From: Alphaproteobacteria bacterium
Lineage (GTDB): Bacteria; Pseudomonadota; Alphaproteobacteria; SP197
Reading direction: 5' to 3'
NCBI GenBank assembly: GCA_964291265.2
Contig: OZ219747.1
Location: 2,784,001 to 2,848,000, forward strand
Length of the DNA: 64,000 nucleotides
Positions 1 through 9,416 of the stretch are shown in pieces. Made by a program: the position numbers and the translations under genes. Under the pieces are notes generated by a model, which did not search any database, was not told where the DNA came from, and was given only the letters and a program-made list of their open reading frames with translations. Within the stretch, counting starts at the first letter, position 1. Each line of letters begins with the position of its first letter.

Positions 1-155
1 GTGCTGGCGAAGAACCGCCCCGGATCAAGATAGCCGGCCGGTGCCTTGCCGGTGATGACCTGGGCGAGATCGGCGGCGAAATCGGCCTCGGTCAGCGTTC
101 CATCCAGGATGTCCTGTCTCAGGCGACAGGTGTCGAAGACCGTCGGAACCGTCAT
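1..155 (-). CDS. DUF499-family AAA+ ATPase, N-terminus (runs off the window edge)
   Basis: Manual translation MTVPTVFDTCRLRQDILDGTLTEADFAADLAQVITGKAPAGYLDPGRFFAS; 'DFAADL..V..G.A...Y.DP..FF' resembles DUF499 N-termini; GGAGAGG-like RBS upstream. Confidence 0.75.
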   Translation of the reverse strand, partial: MTVPTVFDTCRLRQDILDGTLTEADFAADLAQVITGKAPAGYLDPGRFFAS

Positions 156-659
156 CGCCCGGCCCCTCTCCATCTGATCATCCCGTCACGTGTTGTCGGT
201 CGCATCACTCTTTCGGCACACCACAATTGCAGGTCGAGCATGTTGTCTGCTGCGCGTGTTCCATCGCATGGTCTCATGGTCAACACTGGATGCTCCCTGG
301 AAACCGGACTGAAGACTGAACCACATGGGCCAACCTGTCCAACAGCTTGTCTTCGGGCATCCCGACTCTCTACCAATGCAGGGAGAGACGATTGGGGGGA
401 CGCCGGGCTCACGGGTGGAGTGTTTTCGGGCGAAAGTCCCGCCAGGAAGAAAGGGCCACCGCCACGCCTTCCGCGAGCCATGCGTCGATCGCCGCAGGGG
501 CCGGGCACGGAGCCACGAGATGCTTGTGAAACCGGAGTGCCGAGGTCGTCCGCCAGGCCGCAAGCAATACCCCGCGCACTGCGTTGGTGAGGCAGACAGG
601 GGCTCCGCGGAGTCTGAGAACCATGGCACGTCCACCGGGACCCGGGAGGTCTTTGAAAC

Positions 660-1062
660 TCAGACATCTTGACCTCGTCCGACGTCAAGTGAGGCGATTG
701 TGGAGTGTTGCGCCGTCGATGTCGTAAGGCGGAGGCTTGTTCCCGGATGGACGGTCCTGGTCTGGTCGAGTTCTTCGATCAGCGCCAGCAGTGCCTTTGT
801 CGTTGCGTTGTTGGCCAGGCCGAGGATGCCGCTTTCGTGGTTCGGCTCAATGCTGGCATCGGCGGTCATCGGGGCGGTGATGAGGGTGCGGAGAGTGTTG
901 GGTCGCGCCTTTCCCCGGATTGTTGACGGGTGTCATGGGCGGCATGGCAGTGGAAGGGCTCGAGAGTGGAGAAGCACCACGCCTGATCGCCGATGACGGG
1001 CCCACGAGAAGGACGAGACGATGGGTATGGCATGGGCTCCCTGGAGGTGACCGTTCGGTCAC
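660..1062 (-). pseudogene. Remnant of an unassigned IS (transposase fragments ending in a terminal repeat)
   Basis: Reading frame ends ...GQDV* inside GGTCAAGATGTCTGA; this motif recurs inverted at 4111, 5539 and 8100; peptide THRLVLL is shared with the 5340-5370 remnant. Confidence 0.4.
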
Positions 1063-1157
1063 CGGGTGTCAGGCACCGGACACGCGCGCGAAACCGTGAC
1101 CGTTGCGCCACGGGGCACGCTCACCATTCGACACTCGAGCGTCGTTCCGGCGTCGCT

Positions 1158-1340
1158 TCAGCCGGCGAGCGCCACGTCAGCCGGGTCGACATGGAGGCCC
1201 GGACGATCTCCGGGGCGCACAGCCGTGCGCGCCGGCAGTGCACCCGGAACTCCCGGTCGCCGTCGCGCCCCGCCATGAGGCGGCAGCGGACATGCGTACC
1301 GCTGACGTGGCGCTCCCTGACCACGCCTTCGCCGAGTGCC
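1158..1340 (-). pseudogene. C-terminal TOBE-like fragment of an ABC ATPase
   Basis: Frameshifted LGEGVVRERHVSGTHVRCRL...AVRPGDRPGLHVDPADVALAG resembles PotA/MalK-type C-termini. Confidence 0.4.
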
Positions 1341-1351
1341 GCGGACACGTG

Positions 1352-1514
1352 TCGCCAGAATGCCGCGCTCGCGCTCGAGATCGTTCGAATCAGGCGCCCT
1401 GTCGGCAAGCCCCTTGTTGTCATGGAAGGCGCCGGACTGGCGGAACAGCACGTTCCCCGGTGCCGTCCTTCCGTGATCGACACGGGCGATGATCGCGCTG
1501 TTGCGCAGGTTCAA
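1352..1514 (-). pseudogene. typA: Degenerate 5' fragment of translational GTPase TypA/BipA
   Basis: LNLRNSAIIARVDHGRT...RQSGAF...DSNDLERERGI vs consensus MNLRNIAIIAHVDHGKTT...QSG.F...DSNDLERERGITI; P-loop Lys lost. Confidence 0.8.
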
Positions 1515-1679
1515 CAATGGGCACGTGAGGCTGCAAGGGAAACTCGCAGGGTGCGGCGCCAACATGCCGGAGCGCACCTGCCTCGAGGCGGTCAGGCGCG
1601 GTCTCCTGAGCGGCATGGAGCAGGCGGTGCCAAGGTGTTGATCCTGCCGGCAGAACAATCGATTGCTTCCTCGATGGCC

Positions 1680-1911
1680 GGATGGTCCCGATGAGATCGT
1701 GCCATTGGTCGGTCACTTCATCCCGCCGCCAGCGGTCATCGAGCCGCTGCCTGGCGGCCCGCGACCCGAGCGGAGCGTTGAACAGGCGCCTGGCATTGAA
1801 CGGTGGATCGGTGGCGATGCAGTCCACGCTCTCCGAGTTCATGTCGCCCAGGACGTGGATGTTGTCGGCGACAAGGAGCGCCCGGTGGTCCCAGTTGGGT
1901 CCGTCACCCAT
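1680..1911 (-). pseudogene. N6/N4 DNA methyltransferase, N-terminal fragment
   Basis: DNIHVLGDMNSESVDCIATDPPFN (catalytic DPPF motif); similarity is lost after about 75 aa. Confidence 0.8.
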
Positions 1912-1989
1912 CGTTCATCACCGGCGCTTTCATGGAAGCGTTCGAGCGTTGTCGGCAATGGCGGCGGCCAGCCATATACCGGCTTCGCT

Positions 1990-2234
1990 CCTCCTGGCGT
2001 GCTGCACAGGGCGCGGGCCAGACCGATGGCGATTCCCGCCCGGGCGGCCATCGCGGCGAGGAGCGCGGTGGCCCGAACCATGAGGGTGCGGCAGAGCGTT
2101 GCCGTGACACGCGATTCCAGGGCGCTCGGGTCCGCCTTGGCGGCAGGATCGCCCTCGCCGGCGCGGACCGCTCCGGTCATGGCCGCGCTGATCTGCTCGC
2201 GGGCGGCGTCCAGGGGGTCGAAGGCGGCTGTCAT
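1990..2234 (-). pseudogene. DUF1640/CCDC90-like small coiled-coil membrane protein, degenerate
   Basis: MTAAFDPLDAAREQ...PAAKADPSALESRV plus a hydrophobic tail, similar to 53041-53283 (LATKADLEVRL); ATGA overlap with the upstream gene; 3' limit approximate. Confidence 0.55.
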
Positions 2235-2932
2235 GGATCGCGTTCGATTCCGGCGGCGGTCTCGGCGAGCGCGCGGCGGCGGATCAGGCCCTGGGCCAGG
2301 AGTTCCTCGCGCGCTTCGGCGGCGTCGTGGCAGGCCCTCTCCCACAGCTCTCGGCTCTGCTGCTCTTCGGACTCCCAATGGGGTCGGTCGGGATGACCGG
2401 CGGGAAGAGTGGCGAGCGTGCTTCGGGCCCTCTTGAGGGTCCGCTGAATCGATCTGTGGCAAACGTGGCCTCGGTCGCCGAGTCTCCGTTGCGCATGAAC
2501 TGCCTCCCGGTCGGGGCGGTAGATCTTCTCGTATCTCTCCCGCAGGCGGTGTTCTTCCGCTTCGAGGCGGTGGACCTCGTCGAGACGGCCCGTCGTCAGG
2601 GATGCGTGGCGGGCGTCCTCAAGAGCATTCTGAACCTTGATGATCGCAACGCTGATGTCCATCCTGGCTCCGTGGTCGTACTCGACGATCTCTTCTCCGG
2701 GCCGCAGCCAGAGATGCGCCTCCTCGTCCTGGAGAGCGCGGAGCGCCCCGAGGAGGCGCGCGGCCTCCGGACCGTCGCCGAGGGCCTCGATCTCCTCGGC
2801 GTAGACGGCGATGAGCGCCTGGACCTTCCGCATCCTGGCGGCGCGGCGGATGATGTGGTTCTCCAGGGTTTCGCCGGGAAGTCTCGGCGGTGGCGAGTGC
2901 CGCCACGAGGCGAAATCCAGGACCTTGTCCAT
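2231..2932 (-). CDS. Hypothetical alpha-helical protein, paralog of 53567-54121
   Basis: 233-aa ORF with GGGAGG RBS; shares RLPGETLE..IIRRAARMRKVQA.IAVYAEEIEALGDGPEA and ELWERAC.DAAEAR.ELL.QGLIR with the paralog. Confidence 0.8.
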   Translation of the reverse strand: MDKVLDFASWRHSPPPRLPGETLENHIIRRAARMRKVQALIAVYAEEIEALGDGPEAARLLGALRALQDEEAHLWLRPGEEIVEYDHGARMDISVAIIKVQNALEDARHASLTTGRLDEVHRLEAEEHRLRERYEKIYRPDREAVHAQRRLGDRGHVCHRSIQRTLKRARSTLATLPAGHPDRPHWESEEQQSRELWERACHDAAEAREELLAQGLIRRRALAETAAGIERDP

Positions 2933-3020
2933 GTTGTCCTCCCTTCCCCGGTTGCCGGGAACCTGCTGCTTGAGCGTTTGTGATCGTATCACGGGCTCCA
3001 AGCGGTGGTGGAGAGGCAGG

Positions 3021-3458
3021 TCAGCGGTGGCCGGCGTCGCGGCGGCATTCGGGGAGGAGCGCCAGGAGGCACTGTCAGGTGGACAGGTCGAACTCCACGG
3101 GACCCGGCTGGCGTTTCCGAAGAGCAGGATCGTACTGGCGGTAGAGGCGTGACGCCATGCCGAGGTAGAGCGTCACCTGGTAGCGCTCGCAGAGCGTGAT
3201 CGTCCTCCTGTCATGCCGGCTCTTCGCCTCGCCGACGATCAGGCGGCGGGGCGCGCTCGCGGAAGATGACGTCCGGATTGCCGACCAGGCCATCGGTGAT
3301 GAGCGACCAGCTCGCGCGGCGCCGGCCGAGGCCGCTGGCGATCACCTTCACGCGGGCCGGGTCGATGCCCCAGCGTCGGTCGATGCGTGCGCCGCGGCGA
3401 CGGCGAGAACCGCCGCGGCTGCCGTGAGGGCGACGGGGTCGCTGGCCAGCGGCGTCAT
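3021..3458 (-). pseudogene. Cas4-like PD-(D/E)xK nuclease with hydrophobic N-terminus, frameshifted
   Basis: Joined across frames: MTPLASDPVALTAAAAVLAVAAA...GLVGNPDVIF / LIVGEAKSR...ERYQVTLY (PD, ExK and QxxxY motifs). Confidence 0.6.
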
Positions 3459-3626
3459 GCCATCCGGGCGATCGCCAGGATCACGGTCGCGGCGGCGATG
3501 AGGGCCGCCGTGACGACCCAGCCCCAGCGGGTGCGGGGCAGCGCGCCGGCGGCTGGTGTTGAGACCTTCGCGCCAGCGGATGCCGCGTCGCGCTGCACGG
3601 GCGGCGGAAGGCCGCACGGTCTGCGG

Positions 3627-3657
3627 AACGTCCCGCCGTTCCAAATCGCCGCCGACA
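3627..3657 (-). repeat. Solo copy of the IS21-element terminal repeat
   Basis: TGTCGGCGGCGATTTGGAACGGCGGGACGTT matches 23945-23975 at 28/31 positions. Confidence 0.85.
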
Positions 3658-3962
3658 GAGGGTGCTGACCGGGTGTCGGCGCGGCGAACGCCGGTGATCC
3701 ATGGCGCATGGCGTGGCGGAGAGCGGTGGTGCGAAGGTGATCGCCAGCGGCGGAAGCCGGTCGCACGGCTCGCGGGAGTGTCAGGTGCCGCGGGTCATTC
3801 AACCGGACACATTCACTCGCCGCGAAAAGAAACGGAACCGCTGCCATCCGCACAACGGGCACGACAAGCCGAAAGAGAACATCTGGCCTGAGACCACTGC
3901 GCAAGAACCGGAAACGCGTCCTCAACCGGTGGCAATCACCGCGTGACCGAATGCCTACCCCT

Positions 3963-4129
3963 GGCGCGGTAGGGAGGGTGTCATGGCGAGCCAAAAGCGG
4001 AACATGTTATAGTGGACACGCTTATCAAGCGGAACCCGCGCTGAAACAGGCAGAAACACAGGAAAACAGTCGATTTCCTGAGCGGTGCGATAGGCCCCAT
4101 CAGAAGAGCTGGTCAGGATGTCCGAGACT
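3963..4129 (+). repeat. Diverged IS-end-like direct repeat, copy 1
   Basis: Aligns with 5381-5557 (gggagggtgtca...ggaacatg...tcaagcggaa...cacaggaaaaca...ggtcaggatgtc). Confidence 0.75.
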
Positions 4130-4339
4130 CACGTGCCTGCCAAGTCAAGCAGCGCAGGATCAACAAACCAACGATATCAAAACCGCACCCACCGCGACCA
4201 ACGTCAACACAGACTCAAACCTGACGAGGGACCTGGGCAGTTATGACGAATGTCGGAAGTGGAATGAAACCCTCGTCCCTCGCTTGCTGATGAAACCAGT
4301 ATGGTCTATATATCCGGTTATATGAATCGGAGGTCGACT

Positions 4340-4642
4340 GTGACCAATGCCGCACAGCAAAGGGCGACCAGGAACTACCGTGCCCGTCTGCAACAGCGTG
4401 GCTTCAAACGATTCGAGGTGATGGCTCTCGAAACGGACCGGGAAATGCTGCGCACACTCGCACGTCGCTTGGCCGAAGACGGGCCTGAAGCGGACCATGC
4501 CCGGGCTACGGTCAAAGCGCTGGTTGCGGACGGACCACCAAAGGCTGGCAGGATTCTCGCGGCGCTCCGTCGCTCGCCGCTGGTCGGGGCCGATCTCGAC
4601 CTGTCGCGACCGCGTATCGAAGGGCGCAGGATCGACCTTTGA
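4340..4642 (+). CDS. Antitoxin of a VapBC-type TA pair
   Basis: GGAGG RBS then GTG; RLQQRGFKRFEV...ILAALRRSPLVGADLDL; overlaps the PIN toxin start. Confidence 0.8.
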   Translation: MTNAAQQRATRNYRARLQQRGFKRFEVMALETDREMLRTLARRLAEDGPEADHARATVKALVADGPPKAGRILAALRRSPLVGADLDLSRPRIEGRRIDL

Positions 4643-5061
4643 CGCGCTGTCTGCTTGACACCAATATCATCAGCAACGCCGTCAAGCCGCAGCCATCTAC
4701 ACGCTTGATTGACTGGATGGCCAGTCAGCGGGACGAAGACCTGTTTGTCGCCTCGCTGACCATCGCAGAGATCCGGCGCGGCATTCTCGAACTGTCCAGC
4801 GGTCGGAAGAGGGATGCTCTCGAGGCCTGGTTCGCAGGCGAGGAAGGGCCGCAGGCATTGTTCGCTGGGCGAATACTGCCGTTTGACGATAGAGCCGGTC
4901 TGATCTGGGCGCGCCTGATGGCACAGGGCAAGGCCGAGGGCCGCCCGCGCAGCGCTCTCGACATGATCCTCGCCGCCGTGGCGGAGGTGAACGACTGCGT
5001 GGTTGTGACGGATAACGAACGGGATTTCAGAGGGCTTCAGATCGTCAACCCCTTGCGGTAG
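4639..5061 (+). CDS. vapC: VapC-family PIN-domain toxin
   Basis: LLDTNIIS...TIAEIRRG...DMILAA...VVTDNERDF PIN motifs. Confidence 0.92.
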   Translation: MTRCLLDTNIISNAVKPQPSTRLIDWMASQRDEDLFVASLTIAEIRRGILELSSGRKRDALEAWFAGEEGPQALFAGRILPFDDRAGLIWARLMAQGKAEGRPRSALDMILAAVAEVNDCVVVTDNERDFRGLQIVNPLR

Positions 5062-5380
5062 AAAGCTGCGGACTTCATCGTGGCCGGACGCGAACTGCCG
5101 CTCATGGTGCCGCTCATGGCGAAAGCCGATGATCTGGCACAGGCGCGTCCGCTCAGAACCAGCATCGTCCCGGTGCGCCGCGGCAAGCGCCGGGGAGACC
5201 ACCGTGCGGCCGCGGGGGTGCGCCGAAGGCCGCTTTGCCCCTGGTCTCCAGGAGCTTCACCGTACGGAAGACGGTAGACCGCGAGACATTGAAGGCCTGT
5301 GGCCTGTGGAATTTCACGATGGCAGCCACCTGATCTCATCATGGAGAAGGACAAGGCGATGGGTGTTGCTTCGGCGGGCT

Positions 5381-5557
5381 GGAGCGGCAGGGAGGGTGTC
5401 ACGGTCAGCCAACAATGGAACATGCGATATTGGACGCACTTGTCGCCGCATGTCAAGCGGAATCCGCGCCAAAACGACCGGAAGCACAGGAAAACAACGG
5501 ACTTCCTGGCAGGGACGATATGCCTCCTCGGGAGACCAGGTCAGGATGTCTGAAACT
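5381..5557 (+). repeat. Diverged IS-end-like direct repeat, copy 2
   Basis: Aligns with 3963-4129. Confidence 0.75.
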
Positions 5558-5599
5558 ATCCTTCGCTCGTGCGAATCCCGGACATCGAGGACATGTCTA

Positions 5600-6440
5600 T
5601 TCGATACACCCGCGATCTTGCGGAACTCGGAGCGCCGGGTCAGCCGGGTGCTGGGGCAGCACCGCTTGACCCAGCGCCGCATCCCGCGTGGTCGTGACGA
5701 CGGGGAACCCTTGGTCGCCGACATGATTGAGCTTAGGCCCGTCAGCATGGCCGTGAGGGCAATCGGCGGATCGCGGTCCTGCTTCGCGGGTGAGGTCAAC
5801 GGCAAACGGGTCGAGCGCCTGTGGCGGCGCGAGCCCGGCAAACAACCGGAACAGGTCCGTCTCGGGCTCGACGGCGGCTCCTGTATCAGGCCGCGCGCCG
5901 AGCTGAGAGAACTCGCATGGCCCTGCGTTCTGTCCTTCACCGGACATGCGGCGGGCGGACCTTCCGCATGCTCAACGCCCCCGACGAGTTCATCCGTGAG
6001 GGACTCGCGATCCGGGTTCGGCGCGAGCTCTCCTCGATCGGCGTCATCGATGTGCTGGCCGACCTTGCTCATCTTGAGCGACGTTCCCGGCCTGAATCCG
6101 CTTCGACAATGGACCGGAGCTCGTCGGCACGGCTGGGCCCGGAATGACTTCATCCAGCCGGGTTCACCCTGGAAAAGCGGCTGCATCGAGAGTTTCAATG
6201 CCAGGTTCCGCGACGGGGAGACTTTCGGCAGTCTCAAGGAAGCCGGCATCTTCGTTGAAGCATGGCGCCGCTGCGACAACGCCATACGACCATATGAAAA
6301 CTGAGGGATGTCAGCCGCCAGCACCCGAGAAGGTCGTCACGCGAGGTTGGCCGCCCGGCTCTGCCAGGCTCCGTCGAACGGCCAGGGTGATCGTCAAGGC
6401 GCTGACGTTCACCTTGGGACCAGTCGACGGGGGCAGGTCA
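5600..6440 (+). mobile_element. IS3-family remnant (degenerate orfB plus right end)
   Basis: RVLGQHRLTQR, VNGKRVERLWRRE, FIQPGSPWKSGCIESFNARFRD; ends ...GGGGGCAGGTCA like IS3-family right ends. Confidence 0.85.
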
Positions 6441-6821
6441 ATGAAGACAACGGGTTTCATCTGTCCTGGACGCACGGGATGTTCCATGGTCTCGAATCTC
6501 CTGCGCGAGGCCTTCGATCTCGTGGTTCACGATATCGCTGCTGAACGTGTCGACACCCTGGCGCGCCCGGGCGCTGTTCCCGCCTTGTCACCGGCACACG
6601 CGGCGGCCCAAGCGGAGATGGTGATCACCATGCTACCCGGCCCGGCCAGTGTCCGCGACCTCATCACGGGGCAGGAAGGCGTCCTCGCCACGGCGCGGCT
6701 GGGAACCATCGTCATGGACATGAGCGCCATCGACCCTGGAACCACGGACGCCATGACGGAACTCTGCAAGGCCAGCATCCGCCACCCGTGGCCAGACCAG
6801 CGCCTCGTCGTCAGGACCTGA
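6441..6821 (+). pseudogene. Truncated duplicate of the 5' part of the 8400-9335 reductase
   Basis: MKTTGFICPGRTG... aligns with MGTTGFIGLGRMG...; Rossmann motif degraded; similarity ends near 6768. Confidence 0.9.
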
Positions 6822-7030
6822 GGGAGGGCCGGATGCGGACAGCGCAGGTCCGGATCTATGCGGGGGATCGGGGAAACCCGGCTCCCTGCTGCGGTCCACG
6901 CTCAACCGCGAGTCATGGCTCGCCGGGCGCGAGAACGAGTTCGACGAGCTTGTGACCGAAGAACCGGCGTCGAGCGAATTGCCAGTCGAGGCCGCCTGTA
7001 GCAGGATGAACCCGACATTCGGAGGGTGCC

Positions 7031-7222
7031 ATGACCGGTTCGAAACAGCGTGATGAGGCAACGGATACCGACCCCGAAGCCCCGATGACACGGTCAATCG
7101 GGGTGGGCTTGTCGCCTGCCGTGGAGACAATGTTCGGCGCACTGGTGGACGAACAGGCCGCCGGAGCGAAGTCCACCGAAGAGCCCGAAGCCCGCCGCGC
7201 CGCGCGGCCCGGTGCCGCCTGA
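7031..7222 (+). CDS. Small putative antitoxin upstream of a PIN pseudogene
   Basis: 63-aa ORF with GGAGGG RBS, overlapping the PIN gene start. Confidence 0.4.
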   Translation: MTGSKQRDEATDTDPEAPMTRSIGVGLSPAVETMFGALVDEQAAGAKSTEEPEARRAARPGAA

Positions 7223-7640
7223 CCTCGAAGCCCTTCTTCGGGAGGGCGAATCCCCGACGGTGCTGCTCGATGCTAACGTTCTTCTCGACGTGTTCCTGCA
7301 AAGAGAGAATGCGGTTCCGGCGGCACGCGTGCTTTCCTTCGCTGAAGCAGGCGTCGTCAGAGGCCATGCCTGCGCCTCCGCCTTCAGGGGTGATTTGTCA
7401 CCACGGGGCCGGGAAGGGGTCGGCGCGAACACCTCCTCGTTGCCCAGCTCATGCGGTTTCTGAATGTCCTGCCGCTGACGGAAGAGGTGCTCGACACGGC
7501 GCTCGGCCATGAGCGCCTCTCTCGTTCGAAGACGCCCAGGTCGCGGCGGCGGGCGACCTTGCGGGCGTTGACGCGATCCTGACCAGCGACGGCGGGTTCC
7601 TCCGTGGACACGATCTGGCCTCCACACCGCGGGATCTGGT
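7212..7640 (+). pseudogene. PIN-domain toxin, frameshifted
   Basis: VLLDANVLLDVFLQR, then in other frames NVLPLTEEVL and FEDAQVAAAG..AGVDAILTSD. Confidence 0.75.
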
Positions 7641-8207
7641 GGCGCTCCTGGAAGCCCATCTGGGCCAGCGTCCTGTCTGTCGCGTCGTCAAGGTCACGCC
7701 GGCAGGCACGTTCCGCGTCGAAATCGCCGACCCGGCGGGCGGCTGGCGTCAGACCCTGCCATTGTCGGGTTTCCCGACCGAGGAGGAGGCCGAGCGCGCC
7801 GCTGGGCTGCGGCAAGAGGAGTAACGGCGCCTCAGAGGCTCCCGCCGGCCGCGTACAGCCCCAGTACCGACATCACGGCCGAGCCCACGCTCTGCGGATC
7901 GAGATCGTCCCGCCAGGGATTCAGCGCTGCGATCCGCTCGGTTTCCCGCTTCGCGATGCGCCTGGCGGTCTCCTCGCTCATGTTCACTTCGACGGTTAGG
8001 CGGGACTCGTCGGGACTTCCCAGATGGACGATTTACCGTTCCTCTCCCACGTTCTTGACTGTCGCCATGACGAACCGGTCCCGTTGCAACCTCTCCAAAG
8101 GTTAGGATGTCTGCACCCGGAGCGTCAATCGAAGTGCAGCTCCGCGGTGCATCGCCCGACCTCGGTGACGGCCCCTCGTCACTTGGATGAAGGAGACGAT
8201 GGGCCAT

Positions 8208-8399
8208 GAAGCATGGCGGCGCCGCGACGACGCCATACGACCGCATGGCAGCTCAGGGATGCCGGCCGCCGGCACCCGGGACGATCGTCACGCCAGGCTG
8301 GCCGTTCGGCGAAGCGTAGCGGAGCCGAGCGGCCAGCCTGGCGGAGAAATCGTCGATGCGCTAACGTTCACCTTGGGATCAGTCGACGGGGGCAGGTCA
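8208..8399 (+). mobile_element. Second IS3 right-end remnant
   Basis: Aligns with 6257-6440; ends GGCAGGTCA directly before an ATG. Confidence 0.8.
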
Positions 8400-9335
8400 A
8401 TGGGGACAACGGGTTTCATCGGTCTTGGGCGCATGGGATGCTCCATGGCCTCGAATCTCGTGCGCAAGGGGTTCGACCTGGTGGTTCACGACATCGTGGC
8501 GGATCGTGTCGACACCCTGGCGCGCCTGGGCGCCGTTCCCGCCTCATCACCGGCACAGCAGGTGGCGGCCCGGGCGGAGGTGGTGATGACCATGCTCCCG
8601 GGCCCGGCCAGTGTCCGTGACGTCATCACGGGGCGGCACGGCGTCCTCGCCACGGCGCGGCAGGGAACCATCGTCGTGGACATGAGCACCGTCGACCCTG
8701 GAACCACGGACGCCATGGCGGAACTCTGCAGGGACAGGGGGCTGGAATTCATCGACGCGCCGGTCGGACGCCTTGCCTCCCATGCCGATGCCGGAGAGTC
8801 CCTCTTCATGGTGGGAGGTACATCGGACAGTCTCGAGCGCGTCCGGCCGCTTCTCGAGGCCATGGGGACGGCGCTCTTCCACTGTGGCCCCTGCGGTACG
8901 GGAACACGCACGAAACTCGTCAACAACTTCATGTCCACGGCATCCTGCCAGATCAATGCCGAGGCGCTCGTTCTCGCGGCATCCTTCGGACTCGATCTCG
9001 ACAGGACACTCGATGTGATCTGTGGCACGTCGGCCGTCAACGGGCAGATCAGTTCGGCATGGCCCGTCAAGGTGCTTGCCGATGACACCTCCCCCGGGTT
9101 CACCATCGACCTGGCGCACAAGGATCTCTCGCTCGTGGTCGAGGCCGCGAACGCTGCGGGTGTGCCGATGCCCATGGCCGCCACGGCCCGCGAGACCTAC
9201 AGCGTGGCGAAGGTACGCGGATATGGTGGCAAGGACTTTTCGGCCATGCTCGATGCGCACTGCGACGTGACCGGCACCCCGAGGCCCCGCCTTGTCGCCA
9301 ACTCGACATACCGCACCGCAAAGGCCATCCCGTGA
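8400..9335 (+). CDS. Beta-hydroxyacid dehydrogenase family, sulfolactaldehyde 3-reductase (YihU)-like
   Basis: GFIGLGRMG, DAPVGR, KLVNNFMS, WPVKVL, FTIDLAHKDL resemble YihU. Confidence 0.85.
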   Translation: MGTTGFIGLGRMGCSMASNLVRKGFDLVVHDIVADRVDTLARLGAVPASSPAQQVAARAEVVMTMLPGPASVRDVITGRHGVLATARQGTIVVDMSTVDPGTTDAMAELCRDRGLEFIDAPVGRLASHADAGESLFMVGGTSDSLERVRPLLEAMGTALFHCGPCGTGTRTKLVNNFMSTASCQINAEALVLAASFGLDLDRTLDVICGTSAVNGQISSAWPVKVLADDTSPGFTIDLAHKDLSLVVEAANAAGVPMPMAATARETYSVAKVRGYGGKDFSAMLDAHCDVTGTPRPRLVANSTYRTAKAIP

Positions 9336-9416
9336 GGTGTATGGAGAAGCCGGACCTTGTTGAGTTCGCCTGTTTGATTTAAGTGACCGTGGGGCCACAG
9401 TCTTGCGGGCGAACGG

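Noticed and set aside
27-42. Partial match to the flank after tnpB right-end copy 1 (CAAGACAGGCCGGCCGG)
   Set aside because: Gapped and mismatched in the would-be seed, and GC-rich; probably chance.
152-688. Several overlapping ORFs upstream of the DUF499 gene
   Set aside because: No motifs or coding-like composition; left unannotated.
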